A stretch of DNA of 60,247 bases, taken from positions 1-60,247 of the IMG/VR virus record IMGVR_UViG_3300028392_000069; one strand, given 5' to 3'. Below are positions 1 through 10,225 of this stretch, piece after piece. Below the pieces are notes generated by a model, which worked only from the letters and a program-made list of their open reading frames with translations, had not been told where the DNA came from and searched no databases. The first letter of the stretch is position 1; each line of letters starts with the position of its first letter. The position numbers were made by a program, and so were the translations under genes. Source of the DNA: a virus (lineage: Duplodnaviria; Caudoviricetes).

Positions 1-190
1 GGCTGAAGTTACCGGAGCGACTGTTGGGGCAAGCGTAGGGGCTGAAGTTACCGGAGCGACTGTTGGGGCAAGCGTAGGGGCTGAAGTTACCGGAGCGACT
101 GTTGGGGCAAGCGTAGGGGCTGGAGTTACCGGAGCAACCGTAGGTTCAAGCGTAGGGGCTGGAGTTACCGGAGGAACTGTTGGGGCAACG
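1..190. repeat. 39-bp tandem repeat (3 perfect copies at 1-117 plus degenerate copies) encoding PTLAPTVAPVTSA on the minus strand
   Basis: Unit ggctgaagttaccggagcgactgttggggcaagcgtagg at 1-39, 40-78 and 79-117; related Pro/Thr repeats continue to about 380. Confidence 0.95.
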
Positions 191-3100
191 GTAAAAATTG
201 GGGGGACTACTGGAGGAACTGTTGGAGTTACCGGAGCAACTGTAGGTTTAATTGTTGGAGTTACCGGAGCAACTGTTGGAGTTACCGGAGCAACTGTAGG
301 TTTAATTGTTGGAGTTACCGGAGCAACTGTTGGGGCCGTAGTTGGGGCTTCGGTTACTGGGGTTTCTACTGGGGTTGGGTCAAACCCTACAAATTTTCCG
401 GTAGTGTCGTATATGGGGCGTTTTAACCCGGCAGTACCCAAAGTTTGTTTAGTTTCTGGGTCTTCAGTGTAAATAGTGTCTTCCCCTGCCGGAGGGGGGT
501 TATTTGAATCCCTAAAATATAATTTGCCAGTAATGGTATCGTATATTTGTGTGTATGTAGCGCCAGATTTATCGTGCACATAGGTATATATAAGATTAGG
601 GTAGTTCTTTTCTACATTAAATCCGCCGTATACAGTATCGCCGGGATTGGCTGCTGAAAGCGCATTCCAAGCTTTTCCTTGCGCCGATTCTGTCCAGTCA
701 TACCCAGTTACTTTTTTAAACTCTTCATTCCATACAGAATTTGTAGGTTCTGTTAAAAGGGCAGTTGATAGCTCTCTCTTAAATCCATCATTTGCAATTG
801 AAATAGCCCAAGGCGAAGTTATGACACCCAAAAAATCATCTGCTGCGTTACTTTTTAAAGTATTAGCAATTTGCGCAGAGGTCATACCCCCAATTGCATT
901 TTTTAAAAACTCAAGGGGGTCTACTGTTTTTGCAGCTTCGCTGCTACTCATAGCCGACTTGAGCCTGTCGTATACGTCACCGACTATGCTTGTATCTACA
1001 AAGCCCCTTTGACCGGGTGGTATAAACTTGCTAGTGATTGCGCTATCAATAAGTCTTTTTACTGAATCTGAAGCCGCTTTGTTTTCGGTTACTAACTTAT
1101 CGGTAAATACTTTTGCTTGAGAATCAGCAGTTCTTTCGCTAGCTTGGGATAATTTATTTAGTTCAGTTCCCGCGCCCTTTGCTGCATCAACAACATAATC
1201 AATATTGGCATCAGAAACACCTTGCGCTTTTAAATAACTTCTAAAAGCTTCTACATCTGGAGAGTTAGCGTTTTGAAATTGTGAATTGGGATTAACCCTT
1301 AACCAATCAGTTATTTTTTGCGTTAAACCCCGCGCCTCGGCGTCCCCAATTTTGTTTTCTTTAAGGCTGTTTCTAATTGCTTCTTCAGCAAGGCCCATTG
1401 CCATACCCTGTTGGACAATATCATCTTTATACGCAATGTCGTTTTGGTACGCAGTTTTATCCCCGTTGTATTGCTGGTATGTAACATAGTCAGGAAACCC
1501 TGCCTTGTACGCATCTAAATTGCCACGATACTCAATGTACTTTGCATAATCAGGAAATCCCGCTTTTGTAGCCGTATTTTTATCATTTATGTAGTCGTTT
1601 AAACCGCCACCATATTGCTGGTAAGTCTCATAGTCCGGAAATCCTTGGTAACTAGCTAAATCTCCCCCAAACTTCTGGTATGTAGCATAGTCAGGAAACC
1701 CTGCTTTTGCGGCATTAAATTCATTAACATCTCCCCCAAACTCTTGGTACTTTGCATAGTCAGGAAACCCTGCTTGTACAGCGCTTTGATCAAGTGCAAC
1801 TTCGGCAGCAGTTTTATCAGCATCAGATTGGTCAGAAGTAATTTGGTTATCGTTTGCATTTCCAAGTACGTTTACTTGGGAATTAGATAACGCTGCAATG
1901 GTGTTGTCTGCTCCACCTGTGGCATCGACTGAAGCTACAGCATCGCCGCCAGTATTATCAAGCCCATCGGCTTCAGATACTTTATTAACGTTGGTCGGTG
2001 ACTTTAATAAGTCTCTCCCCACTTGATTAGCAATCGTGTTTAAAGCATTGCTGATTGCACCTTTTTCACCACCAGTAACAGCGCCGCTTACGGTAGCGCC
2101 AAGAACTTGGGCTGTCTTAGGGTCTACATCCTGCATAGCAGTGCTAAACACGTCAGTTGCTGCGCTACTCGCAAGGCTACCAACCAATGAATTTGCTATT
2201 TGGTCAGCGTTACCTCCAGCCGCAGCGGTTTTTACTACGCTAGCCCCGGCATTTACGATGGCTTTGGTTAAATCTGGATGGGACAATAAGTCAGGCAAGG
2301 CATCGGTTAAAGCCGTTGTTATCCCGGTGTTGTTAAGACTTAAAGCGGTGCTAGTAACCCCATTAATTATGGCTTGGTCAAGGGGAACACCTTGCGCTAC
2401 CTGCACAGCGGTGCTTGCTACAGCAGTACCAATAGTAGTAGCGGTTGCAGTAGCGGCGGCAGCGGCGGCGTTGGCTGCGGCGGCAGTACCATCAGCAGCG
2501 ATAACAGAGAAAAATGCTGCGTCGGCAGATGTAACAACGCCAGCCGACATTAACGCTTCACCAATGTACTCACCAATGACGGGAAGAAAAACTGCTGCCG
2601 CTATAGCTAAGAACGGTTCAAGTCCTTGAAGCCCATGTTGCCTATTCTGCGTATTTTGGTATGTGCCGCTTGCATCAAAGTTGACGTACTGGCTTTTGCC
2701 GTTGTCAAAGCGATACCCAACAGGAGGGCCGTATTCTACTGTTCGTGTAATTCCATGAGGGCCATTTTCTTGGCTGGAAGAATATATAGGCTCCATTGTT
2801 GTGCCAAATTGCTTTTCATATGCAAGTATGGAATCTGGTTTTGCTACTTCAATTATTCCATTGCTGGGTAAATAGCTATACCCAAGAAACTTTCCTCCGG
2901 GGTCTATCAAAGTTTGTCCGGCCCCGTGCGGATTATCTTTCCATTGAGGAGAAGAGTAAGAAGCAGTCATCCCCGGGTCTTGGACTTGACTGTACGGAAA
3001 TTTATACCCAAGAAAAGCACCTTTTTCGCCGCGTCGATCCGGTTCGTAAACAGGTTCCATCCCATCAAACTGAATCTGGGACATTTCCTTGCCCCGCAAC

Positions 3101-3258
3101 ATTGCATCAGTTGGTTTGGGAGCTTCAACAACGGGAGCAATAGTTACGGCAGCGGGAGCAGCAACTTCCGCAGCAGCGGTAGTAGCATCAATAAAGTCAG
3201 ACCCTCCTTGGTCTGCATCCTCCGTTTCGCTCAACCAGCCTAAGTTGATCGGTTTCAT
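1..3258 (-). CDS. Very large virion/ejection-type protein, N-terminal part (runs off the left edge; missed by the ORF track)
   Basis: ATG at 3258 overlaps the TGA of the upstream gene (ATGA). I read the frame to base 1 with no stop (1086 codons): MKPINLGWLSETEDADQGG..., hydrophobic LEPFLAIAAAVFLPVIGEYIGEAL, an Ala/Thr-rich segment, five GFPDY repeats, ending in PTVAPVTSAPTLA repeats. Confidence 0.9.
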   Translation of the reverse strand, partial: MKPINLGWLSETEDADQGGSDFIDATTAAAEVAAPAAVTIAPVVEAPKPTDAMLRGKEMSQIQFDGMEPVYEPDRRGEKGAFLGYKFPYSQVQDPGMTASYSSPQWKDNPHGAGQTLIDPGGKFLGYSYLPSNGIIEVAKPDSILAYEKQFGTTMEPIYSSSQENGPHGITRTVEYGPPVGYRFDNGKSQYVNFDASGTYQNTQNRQHGLQGLEPFLAIAAAVFLPVIGEYIGEALMSAGVVTSADAAFFSVIAADGTAAAANAAAAAATATATTIGTAVASTAVQVAQGVPLDQAIINGVTSTALSLNNTGITTALTDALPDLLSHPDLTKAIVNAGASVVKTAAAGGNADQIANSLVGSLASSAATDVFSTAMQDVDPKTAQVLGATVSGAVTGGEKGAISNALNTIANQVGRDLLKSPTNVNKVSEADGLDNTGGDAVASVDATGGADNTIAALSNSQVNVLGNANDNQITSDQSDADKTAAEVALDQSAVQAGFPDYAKYQEFGGDVNEFNAAKAGFPDYATYQKFGGDLASYQGFPDYETYQQYGGGLNDYINDKNTATKAGFPDYAKYIEYRGNLDAYKAGFPDYVTYQQYNGDKTAYQNDIAYKDDIVQQGMAMGLAEEAIRNSLKENKIGDAEARGLTQKITDWLRVNPNSQFQNANSPDVEAFRSYLKAQGVSDANIDYVVDAAKGAGTELNKLSQASERTADSQAKVFTDKLVTENKAASDSVKRLIDSAITSKFIPPGQRGFVDTSIVGDVYDRLKSAMSSSEAAKTVDPLEFLKNAIGGMTSAQIANTLKSNAADDFLGVITSPWAISIANDGFKRELSTALLTEPTNSVWNEEFKKVTGYDWTESAQGKAWNALSAANPGDTVYGGFNVEKNYPNLIYTYVHDKSGATYTQIYDTITGKLYFRDSNNPPPAGEDTIYTEDPETKQTLGTAGLKRPIYDTTGKFVGFDPTPVETPVTEAPTTAPTVAPVTPTIKPTVAPVTPTVAPVTPTIKPTVAPVTPTVPPVVPPIFTVAPTVPPVTPAPTLEPTVAPVTPAPTLAPTVAPVTSAPTLAPTVAPVTSAPTLAPTVAPVTSA

Positions 3259-3557
3259 GTTTTTACCTTCAGCACATTACTTGCCGAAGTATCGTAGTAA
3301 ATATCGCCTACCCGCAGTGAGGCTAAGTCTGCTTGTGTTGGTAGGCTTGGTGTAGTTGAGGTTCCCGTGGGGAAAAAGCTCAAGCCCGCCACAATATCTG
3401 TGCCGTTACGTTGCGTACTAGCTACCATTGGCCCTGCATTATCTAGCTGATTAAAGTACAGCCGCAATACGTTTGTAAGTTGGTTTATAAGCGCGGGGTC
3501 GTACTCATTACCTATTGCTGCGGGTAGCTTAGGGGCTGTTACATTTTTCTGCGCCAT
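3255..3557 (-). CDS. Hypothetical virion-arm protein (100 aa)
   Basis: Tiles between the tail nozzle-like gene and the giant gene; ends with a GDIYYDT beta motif typical of tail proteins. Confidence 0.75.
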   Translation of the reverse strand: MAQKNVTAPKLPAAIGNEYDPALINQLTNVLRLYFNQLDNAGPMVASTQRNGTDIVAGLSFFPTGTSTTPSLPTQADLASLRVGDIYYDTSASNVLKVKT

Positions 3558-3559
3558 AT

Positions 3560-6136
3560 CTACCTTCTACCATCCGAACGCATGTCAATGCGCGGTGCCC
3601 CAAGCTGCCACTGCGTACCAAGAGTATTGGATGTGATCTTCATCTGCATCTGGCGACCACGAATACGAATGTAAACCTGCCCCGTAAACTCATCAACGTT
3701 AATAACTGCGGGTACAGCGCCGTTGTACGTAACTCCAGCGCTACCAGACTGTGTAATACCTGAGCCCGAATTGTTTAAGCCTTGTAGGTACATAGTTATA
3801 GTAGGTGTCGTACCAGAAGTAGAACCACGGAATGTCAAGTCAGGAATCATACGGTAGACAAATGCAAAATTATGCCCGTCGCCAATGTCGTACTGGGATG
3901 AGGTAATTGATGCCTCAATAGCTACTGGTGTGCCAGAGGTGTTGTCATCTACACCGTTTTCGTGTTCAACAATGTTATAGCTGTAAGTAGCCGCAAGTGG
4001 GTAGTTGCGAAGACCGCTATCTAACCAAGCTGTACGGGCCATTGAGCCGTATTGCCAAAGGTCTTCGGTATAGTTATAGACAACATAGCTGTCAATGGCG
4101 CTACTGCTTGCGGAACAGTAAAACCACCAGACTTCATTAAAGCCTTCATTGGTACTACCAAATACTTGGTCAGATTGCTGAAGATTAATATTACTATAAA
4201 TATATTGGCGCAGGTCACAACGTAGCGTTTGTACACGACCATCGTATTTGTAGAACTTATCTACACCCATCCAATAGGAAACACCTGAAGCCATTACTGT
4301 AGCATTAGGGCCAATAATAGAAACATTGTCTGCTAGAAGCTGTACCCCCCAAACAACAGGAGGTCCAAGGTATTGCAATGAATACATGGTTGAATCTGTC
4401 CATACCAAAATCTCTTGACGGCTTTGCAAAGTAGTAACAATCTTGGAGCCGTGAGACAGGCGCAAGCTACCTGCCTGATTGGTAACAGCAGGGAACCATG
4501 TGGTCAAAGATTCTTGATCCGACCAACGTATGAGCATAGGGTCAAGCGTAGTACTGCCGTAGTCGTTTGTACCAAAAACAAGTAAGAACCTGCTGGCATC
4601 AGATACAGCAAATGTATTTTGATAGAGCGGGCAAGAGCTGTCAGAGCCAGCAAGACTAGACAACAAAATACCACGGGGGGAAACAGATTGTGTACCTGAT
4701 TGTGTGCCGGTAGTATTAATAATTGTTGATAAAGTAAAAGTAAGCCCCGTTGGAGTACCTACCATAGTTGGAACACCTGAACCACCAGCCGTAGTGGATA
4801 GGGTAAATGTCGTTGACCCATTAGTAGCAACGATGTAATACGTTGTAGGGTTGGTGTAGCCGGAAATAGGACCACCAGTACTAGAAGAAACACCTATAGT
4901 TCCAGTAGCACCAGAAGCTACATTACCTTTGTTTATACCGCTAGCGCTAACAAGTATAGTTCCTGTAGCACCGAAAGCTACACTACTGGATTGAGTACTA
5001 ACGCTAGTAGCTATAGTTCCAGCAGCACCAACGGCTTGATTTCCTGCTAACGCAACAGCGTAACTAACGCTACTTATTGTTATTGATTGACCAACTACTA
5101 ACGTAATACTTGAGGCAGTACAACTAAATTGTCCTGCTGTACCTGCGATAGTTACTCCCGATAATATTGCATTTGCGGTAGCAGATGTTGCTAAATTAAA
5201 TGAGCCCGAAGATATATATCTTACGTAGTATGTAATACCGGGTATTAATTCTGGTGGTAGCGCTCCAGTTGTAGCAAGCGTTATAGGCGTTAAATCTACT
5301 AGACCAAGGCTGCAAATAACTACACACGGAGAAGCAATAGATATTGTAATCGTTGTATTTGAATACCCTACAGTGGCATTCCAGTAATACAAAGGAAAAC
5401 CACGGGGGCCATAAACTAAGTCTTGCCCCCAATTTGTTTGGTTCCAAATACGAGCGCCTGTAGCTGAAAGCGTAACCGTTAAGCCATACCCCCATGTGCC
5501 TACAGTAGAGGGTAATGCAACCGCCGGAGGAGTTCCCCAAGTGCTCGCACCCCATCCATCAGAAGGAGTATAGGTAACAGACCCAGACGTAACTTGGTAA
5601 ACCGCGTAGACAGTGCCGCCGCCAGTGGTAGAAGAAGATGCCGTGCCTAAAACACTAATTGAATACGTAGAGGAAGTCAGGTAGGTTAATTGGTATTCCC
5701 CCAACACAGTAACACCACCAACAGCAGACCCACCATAAAAAGTAACGTAATCCCCGTTGGCAAACCCCGGAGGCGCTGTTACTGTTACCGTTGTATAACC
5801 ACCAGAATTAGTCGTTGTGTTGGTAGTAAACGGGTTAGTTAAAGTATTTTCTATGCGGATTGGGGTTACGTCGTAATACGCGCCGCCGTTCTCAATGTAA
5901 AACTTAACGGAAGTCCCGATGCCAAGCAGGTTCTGCCCTGTCAGAGTTACCCAGTTCCACAAAGAACGGCATACTCCAAGAAATGTATTAGCTGAAATCC
6001 GTTGCCAACCGCCAATTTTTTCGGGTGTGCCTTGGCGAAAACGCACCTTGTCGGACTCGTACCAACCACCCTCGTTAGTGTACCGAGTGTTTTCCCGGTT
6101 TACCCCCGGCTTGAGCGTCAGTTTCTGTAAGGGCAT
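3560..6136 (-). CDS. Putative tail nozzle/stabilisation protein (podovirus-like) with Ser/Thr/Gly-rich insertion
   Basis: 858 aa; N-terminal WYESDKVRFRQG; C-terminal IRWSDQES, FYKYDG, EVWWFY, IRIRGRQ motifs resembling beta-propeller nozzle proteins; position in tail module. Confidence 0.65.
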   Translation of the reverse strand: MPLQKLTLKPGVNRENTRYTNEGGWYESDKVRFRQGTPEKIGGWQRISANTFLGVCRSLWNWVTLTGQNLLGIGTSVKFYIENGGAYYDVTPIRIENTLTNPFTTNTTTNSGGYTTVTVTAPPGFANGDYVTFYGGSAVGGVTVLGEYQLTYLTSSTYSISVLGTASSSTTGGGTVYAVYQVTSGSVTYTPSDGWGASTWGTPPAVALPSTVGTWGYGLTVTLSATGARIWNQTNWGQDLVYGPRGFPLYYWNATVGYSNTTITISIASPCVVICSLGLVDLTPITLATTGALPPELIPGITYYVRYISSGSFNLATSATANAILSGVTIAGTAGQFSCTASSITLVVGQSITISSVSYAVALAGNQAVGAAGTIATSVSTQSSSVAFGATGTILVSASGINKGNVASGATGTIGVSSSTGGPISGYTNPTTYYIVATNGSTTFTLSTTAGGSGVPTMVGTPTGLTFTLSTIINTTGTQSGTQSVSPRGILLSSLAGSDSSCPLYQNTFAVSDASRFLLVFGTNDYGSTTLDPMLIRWSDQESLTTWFPAVTNQAGSLRLSHGSKIVTTLQSRQEILVWTDSTMYSLQYLGPPVVWGVQLLADNVSIIGPNATVMASGVSYWMGVDKFYKYDGRVQTLRCDLRQYIYSNINLQQSDQVFGSTNEGFNEVWWFYCSASSSAIDSYVVYNYTEDLWQYGSMARTAWLDSGLRNYPLAATYSYNIVEHENGVDDNTSGTPVAIEASITSSQYDIGDGHNFAFVYRMIPDLTFRGSTSGTTPTITMYLQGLNNSGSGITQSGSAGVTYNGAVPAVINVDEFTGQVYIRIRGRQMQMKITSNTLGTQWQLGAPRIDMRSDGRR

Positions 6137-6139
6137 ACG

Positions 6140-6583
6140 TTAATCCAGTAATCGGCATTCCGCATTTCTGCGTTTGAGTAATCCCGGCAAGACTCGTCCG
6201 CCACCTTTTGTCCAGAGCAAAAGTTGTTCTTTTGCGCCGTCCCAGTCCTGTGCATTTATCTTACGCTTGAGGGTGCTAGTCTGCAAACGTCCAGTGCCTA
6301 AATTGTAGGCGAAATCCACAATAGCGTTGCACTTTTTCTCGTCGGTCAGCAGGACAGGACAGTTCCGTAAAACGCCCGGTAGATACGTGTGCTGTAGTTC
6401 TTGTAGCAGCAGTACAGCGGCATCAGGCTCAGACATTGGATGGTCATTCAAAGTCACCTTGCGCCCATCAGCGTAGTAGGTGCTGCCATAACCAATCGTA
6501 GGAATGCCCGCAGGGCATAGATAGGGTTTACCCCTATACCCTTCAAACTGTTTACACAGTGCTGCGGCTATGTCCAGATTCAT
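6140..6583 (-). CDS. Phage lysozyme/endolysin (GH24)
   Basis: FEG...YLCPAGIPTIGYG catalytic region, FAYNLG, and C-terminal LPGLLKRRNAE. Confidence 0.93.
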   Translation of the reverse strand: MNLDIAAALCKQFEGYRGKPYLCPAGIPTIGYGSTYYADGRKVTLNDHPMSEPDAAVLLLQELQHTYLPGVLRNCPVLLTDEKKCNAIVDFAYNLGTGRLQTSTLKRKINAQDWDGAKEQLLLWTKGGGRVLPGLLKRRNAECRLLD

Positions 6584-7074
6584 ATCCCACGCTTTGCCAG
6601 CGTCCTATCAAGGAACCAGTAGTTCAACGTACCCGATACCAACGCGGCAAAGTCAGCGGTCATGATTAGTTTAAACACAGCCTCTGGGGGAGAACCCGCC
6701 ATCCACGCTGTCAAGGCAAACCAGATGTGAGCAAAGCTCCACAATAGCAAAATCCAGTAGGTTGCTACTGGGCGTACCGAAGCAGATAGACTTGCAGCCC
6801 ATCCACCGGCAACTTTAACCATGTCGGTCTGTTGATTAATCGCTGCGTTAAACGCATCCATGACCCCGGAGTCCACCGTTGCCTCGCGCTGTGCGCCAAT
6901 CTCAGCTAGTTTTTGCTGGCCCCGCACGGTTTCCAGTTGGCACTGCTGGCTGAACATTGCCAGTTCATGCGCACGCTCGTTTTTCTTGTCCACCCATTTA
7001 AGGACTTCAGGAGCCAAACGAAATAAGCCCCCAAGTAGGGAACCAGCTATACCGCCACTTAGTAGTTCAAACAT
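6580..7074 (-). CDS. Putative holin-like membrane protein (3-TM type)
   Basis: Adjacent to the endolysin; N-terminal GG-rich hydrophobic helix, SVRP motif, hydrophobic helices, YWFLDR C-terminus. Confidence 0.6.
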   Translation of the reverse strand: MFELLSGGIAGSLLGGLFRLAPEVLKWVDKKNERAHELAMFSQQCQLETVRGQQKLAEIGAQREATVDSGVMDAFNAAINQQTDMVKVAGGWAASLSASVRPVATYWILLLWSFAHIWFALTAWMAGSPPEAVFKLIMTADFAALVSGTLNYWFLDRTLAKRGI

Positions 7075-7075
7075 A

Positions 7076-7321
7076 TCAGTCCTTTTCGCATTCGGGTTTG
7101 TCTTCTTTGTGTGCGCCTACTTTGAGGCCCGATAACCAACCGATTAAGCCTCCGATGATGGTCTGAAAAGCAGGGCCAATGATCTCAAATATCTTGGTGT
7201 TGTCTACTTCCTTGACAAACAAACCGTGGATCAGCGCCCATATCAAAGATAGCACAACGGCACACAGAGTAGCGGTGACCATGTAGGTTACGACATTTAC
7301 TAGCTTGTCTTTACTGTTCAT
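7076..7321 (-). CDS. Small two-TM membrane protein (lysis module)
   Basis: Two hydrophobic segments and a charged C-terminus; tiles with neighbouring genes. Confidence 0.65.
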   Translation of the reverse strand: MNSKDKLVNVVTYMVTATLCAVVLSLIWALIHGLFVKEVDNTKIFEIIGPAFQTIIGGLIGWLSGLKVGAHKEDKPECEKD

Positions 7322-7653
7322 CTTGCCTTCTCCATGATTTTGGCTCTAAGCAAAGGACTGTCTGATGTGCCTGCCCACTCCGGCAAGGCGTTCCAAATAA
7401 GGACGTAATCGTCCGAACTGCATGATGTCTTATCCAGCCAATCCAGCATGGCCTTGTGGCGCTCTGCTGGGTCGTGCATTGTCCAACCAATAACGTACAA
7501 ATCCTGTACCGCGCAAACCGTTTGTTTGGGTTTTGGCTTTGGTAGAGGAGGCGGCTCCGTAGACAGTATGAGCTTGTCCTGCGCCGACGACCCTGTTACC
7601 AGCATCAAAAAACAAAACAGAAACAAACGCATAGAACATGGCTCAAATTCCAA
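7318..7653 (-). CDS. Secreted/periplasmic hypothetical protein (start may be the MRLFLF ATG)
   Basis: Signal-peptide-like MRLFLFCFLMLVTGSSA followed by a Pro-rich linker; located in the lysis region. Confidence 0.6.
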   Translation of the reverse strand: MEFEPCSMRLFLFCFLMLVTGSSAQDKLILSTEPPPLPKPKPKQTVCAVQDLYVIGWTMHDPAERHKAMLDWLDKTSCSSDDYVLIWNALPEWAGTSDSPLLRAKIMEKAR

Positions 7654-7679
7654 CTAGTTTTTTACTAACTTACTCTTAG

Positions 7680-7889
7680 TTATGCGTTTACTGCGGTTTC
7701 AAAAGGCGTTAAATCCTCAGTTGTCCAATAATCTTGGGCTAACATAAATTGCAAATGTTTCTTGTTTCTCTGCATTGTGTCTTGGTCATTCTCGGTCATA
7801 GTCTCTTGTGCCGCCAGTGCGGTAATTAAATTGACGGAATCCATAGCAGCAGAGTAGTGCCTAGCAATTTGTTCTGGGGTATTTTTCAT
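7680..7889 (-). CDS. Small hypothetical protein following the tail fibre (possible fibre chaperone)
   Basis: 69-aa ORF immediately downstream of the tail fibre; function inferred from position only. Confidence 0.6.
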   Translation of the reverse strand: MKNTPEQIARHYSAAMDSVNLITALAAQETMTENDQDTMQRNKKHLQFMLAQDYWTTEDLTPFETAVNA

Positions 7890-7909
7890 TTTTAAATTTT
7901 CTTAAATGT

Positions 7910-10213
7910 TTAAGTTGAAGTTACCGTTTCCCAAGCCGAAACCCCGCCAATGCGAAGTTTGTTAAGGGTTGTATCAAAGTACATTGCGCCAAGTACCCAT
8001 GCAGGCGCAGCGGCGGTGGTAAATTTTGGAATATTTACCCGGCCAAAAAAGTAATTATCTACGATAGATGAATTACCTAAAACAGCAGTATTTGCCCCTT
8101 GACCAACAGCGTTGTACCCAATAACAATTGAGTTGCTGTTTGTAGCTACTGCTAGGTTAGCGCCAGAACCGATAACCGTGTTTTGTGCGCCAGTGGTAAT
8201 TATTGTCCCGGCACTTTTTCCAACTGCCGTATTATCAGCGCCTGTGGTGTTGTTAATGAGCGCATTGTGCCCAAAAGCTGCGTTGTTTGAGGCTGAAACA
8301 TTATAATAAAGTGCAGAATAACCGGTTGCTGTATTGTTGTTGCCTGAAACGTTATTATAAAGTGCAAAAGAACCGATTGCTGTATTGCTATAGCCTTGCG
8401 CAGTGTTAAGTGAAGCTTGTGCTCCAATAGCTACGTTATAGTCGCCTGATGCTAGCGTAGCAGGTGATATAGCAAAACCAGAGCCCGCGCCAATAGAAGT
8501 GCATGACATTACCGTTGTTGTATCTTGAAATCCATAACCGCCCGATACCCCGAAAGCAGAAACTACCAGAGTTACAGCAGTAACTACGCCACTAGCATTA
8601 GTTGTAATAAGTACGGATGGGTAAGATATGGCAGTTGAACCTGATACATAAGATAGGGTTGCTGCTACAGCAGTAAGGTTTGGTGTGTAACCTGTGCCAC
8701 CTGTAATAGCCCCAAAAGTACTAACAACAGTAGTATTACGTTGAAGCGCGCTTAGACCCACGGCTACGTTATAAGTACCTGTGGTAGTATATAAAAGTGC
8801 ACTACTTCCCACGGCTAGGTTTCTAGTACCCGTAGTATTGTTAAGTAACGCGTCGGTTCCTAATGCCATATTAAGAGAACTACCCCCACTACCAAAAGAA
8901 CCACGCAATGAATTAGCCCCGCTAATAGTTTGGCTACCTGTGAATGTATTAGCGCCTAAAGTTGCACCACCAGAAGGAGTTGCCCAAGCACCATCTCCAC
9001 GCCAAAATGTTGTAGCTGAAGCAGAAGTGCCTGAGTTTAAATTAGTAACGGGAAGATTTCCTGTTACACCTGTAGTTAGAGGCAAACCTGTTGCACTAGT
9101 TAAAACAATGGCTGAAGGCGTGCCAAGAGCAGGGGTTACTAATGTTGGACTAGTAGCAAGAACAACTGCTCCTGAACCAGTAGATGAGTTAAAAGATGTA
9201 AGATTACCTACAGACGTAACTACACCTGTTAAGTTAGCGTTTGTTGCATCATTACCGTTTAACTTTTGAATTGCTTGCAGAATTGAATCCGTGGCTGCAA
9301 CTGTTCCTGCTCCAGAAACGTACCCTGTCAGTACCTTACCTATTACTGATGCATTGGGTAGTGTAGTTGTATTGCCAACACTGGTAACGTCGCCCGTTAG
9401 ATTGGCGTTGGTAGTAACATTACTTGCTGTAAACGCTGTAGCTGTGCCTGTAATATTTGTACCCACTAACGCGGAGGGTGTTCCTAATGCGGGAGTTACC
9501 AAAGTTGGGCTAGTTGATAAAACAACACTGCCTGAACCAGTGGAAGTGGTAACCCCTGTACCTCCATTGGCAACTGGGAGTGTTCCTGTCACGCCCGTAG
9601 AAAGCGGTAATCCAGTAACATTTGTCATTACCCCAGATGTGGGCGTGCCTAGCAAGGGGGTGACTAGTGTTGGGCTAGTTGATAAAACAACACTGCCTGA
9701 ACCAGTGGAAGTGGTAACCCCTGTGCCCCCGTTAGCAACAGGAAGAGTGCCGGTTAAATTAGACACCACGCTAGATGAAATTTTTACATAGTCAGTGCCA
9801 TTCCAAGCCACAATTGCTTTTTCGCCATCAACTAACGTAACCCCAGAAGTAGCTGCGCCTTTAACTGTAAGTAAAAATCCTCCTGTGGCTGCGGCGTTAT
9901 TGATGACGTAGTGCCTGCTGCTACTTGGAAGGATTAAGTTTCGCGCTGCTGTTTTAGCACCTGTAATGTTTAGGATTGCGTATTGAGCAGTACTACCAGT
10001 GGCTCCGGTAGAAATAATTCCAGTTGCTACGCTTGTACCCTGAGTTAGCGTAAGTGTGATATCTGTTGTAGTAATTGCAATCGCCAAACCGCCAGCAATG
10101 GCAATGTCTAAGTAAGACGTAACTGAGTTGTTTACGTCATCGCCCCATGTACCAGACTCTGTTCCGGTTACAGGTTGCCCAAGCTGTAAACTAGTTGTGT
10201 AATTAACGGTCAT
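7910..10213 (-). CDS. Tail fibre protein
   Basis: 767 aa, Thr/Gly/Ser-rich; N-terminal GTESGTWG anchor; repeated [12 protein letters not shown] and [12 protein letters not shown] motifs; NTAxGxxAL beta-roll repeats near the C-terminus. Confidence 0.85.
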   Translation of the reverse strand: MTVNYTTSLQLGQPVTGTESGTWGDDVNNSVTSYLDIAIAGGLAIAITTTDITLTLTQGTSVATGIISTGATGSTAQYAILNITGAKTAARNLILPSSSRHYVINNAAATGGFLLTVKGAATSGVTLVDGEKAIVAWNGTDYVKISSSVVSNLTGTLPVANGGTGVTTSTGSGSVVLSTSPTLVTPLLGTPTSGVMTNVTGLPLSTGVTGTLPVANGGTGVTTSTGSGSVVLSTSPTLVTPALGTPSALVGTNITGTATAFTASNVTTNANLTGDVTSVGNTTTLPNASVIGKVLTGYVSGAGTVAATDSILQAIQKLNGNDATNANLTGVVTSVGNLTSFNSSTGSGAVVLATSPTLVTPALGTPSAIVLTSATGLPLTTGVTGNLPVTNLNSGTSASATTFWRGDGAWATPSGGATLGANTFTGSQTISGANSLRGSFGSGGSSLNMALGTDALLNNTTGTRNLAVGSSALLYTTTGTYNVAVGLSALQRNTTVVSTFGAITGGTGYTPNLTAVAATLSYVSGSTAISYPSVLITTNASGVVTAVTLVVSAFGVSGGYGFQDTTTVMSCTSIGAGSGFAISPATLASGDYNVAIGAQASLNTAQGYSNTAIGSFALYNNVSGNNNTATGYSALYYNVSASNNAAFGHNALINNTTGADNTAVGKSAGTIITTGAQNTVIGSGANLAVATNSNSIVIGYNAVGQGANTAVLGNSSIVDNYFFGRVNIPKFTTAAAPAWVLGAMYFDTTLNKLRIGGVSAWETVTST
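9504..9724. repeat. 56-bp exact direct repeat within the tail fibre gene (9504-9559 and 9669-9724)
   Basis: gttgggctagttgataaaacaacactgcctgaaccagtggaagtggtaacccctgt occurs twice, 165 bp apart. Confidence 0.9.
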
Positions 10214-10225
10214 GATATTTTCTCT

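Noticed and set aside
647-3355. Track ORFs such as 647..1012, 1323..1514, 1656..1865, 2036..2629 and 2796..3143
   Set aside because: Antisense or off-frame shadows of the continuous minus-strand frame 1..3258.
8781-9791. Plus-strand ORFs of 162 and 166 aa
   Set aside because: Antisense shadows of the repetitive tail fibre gene.
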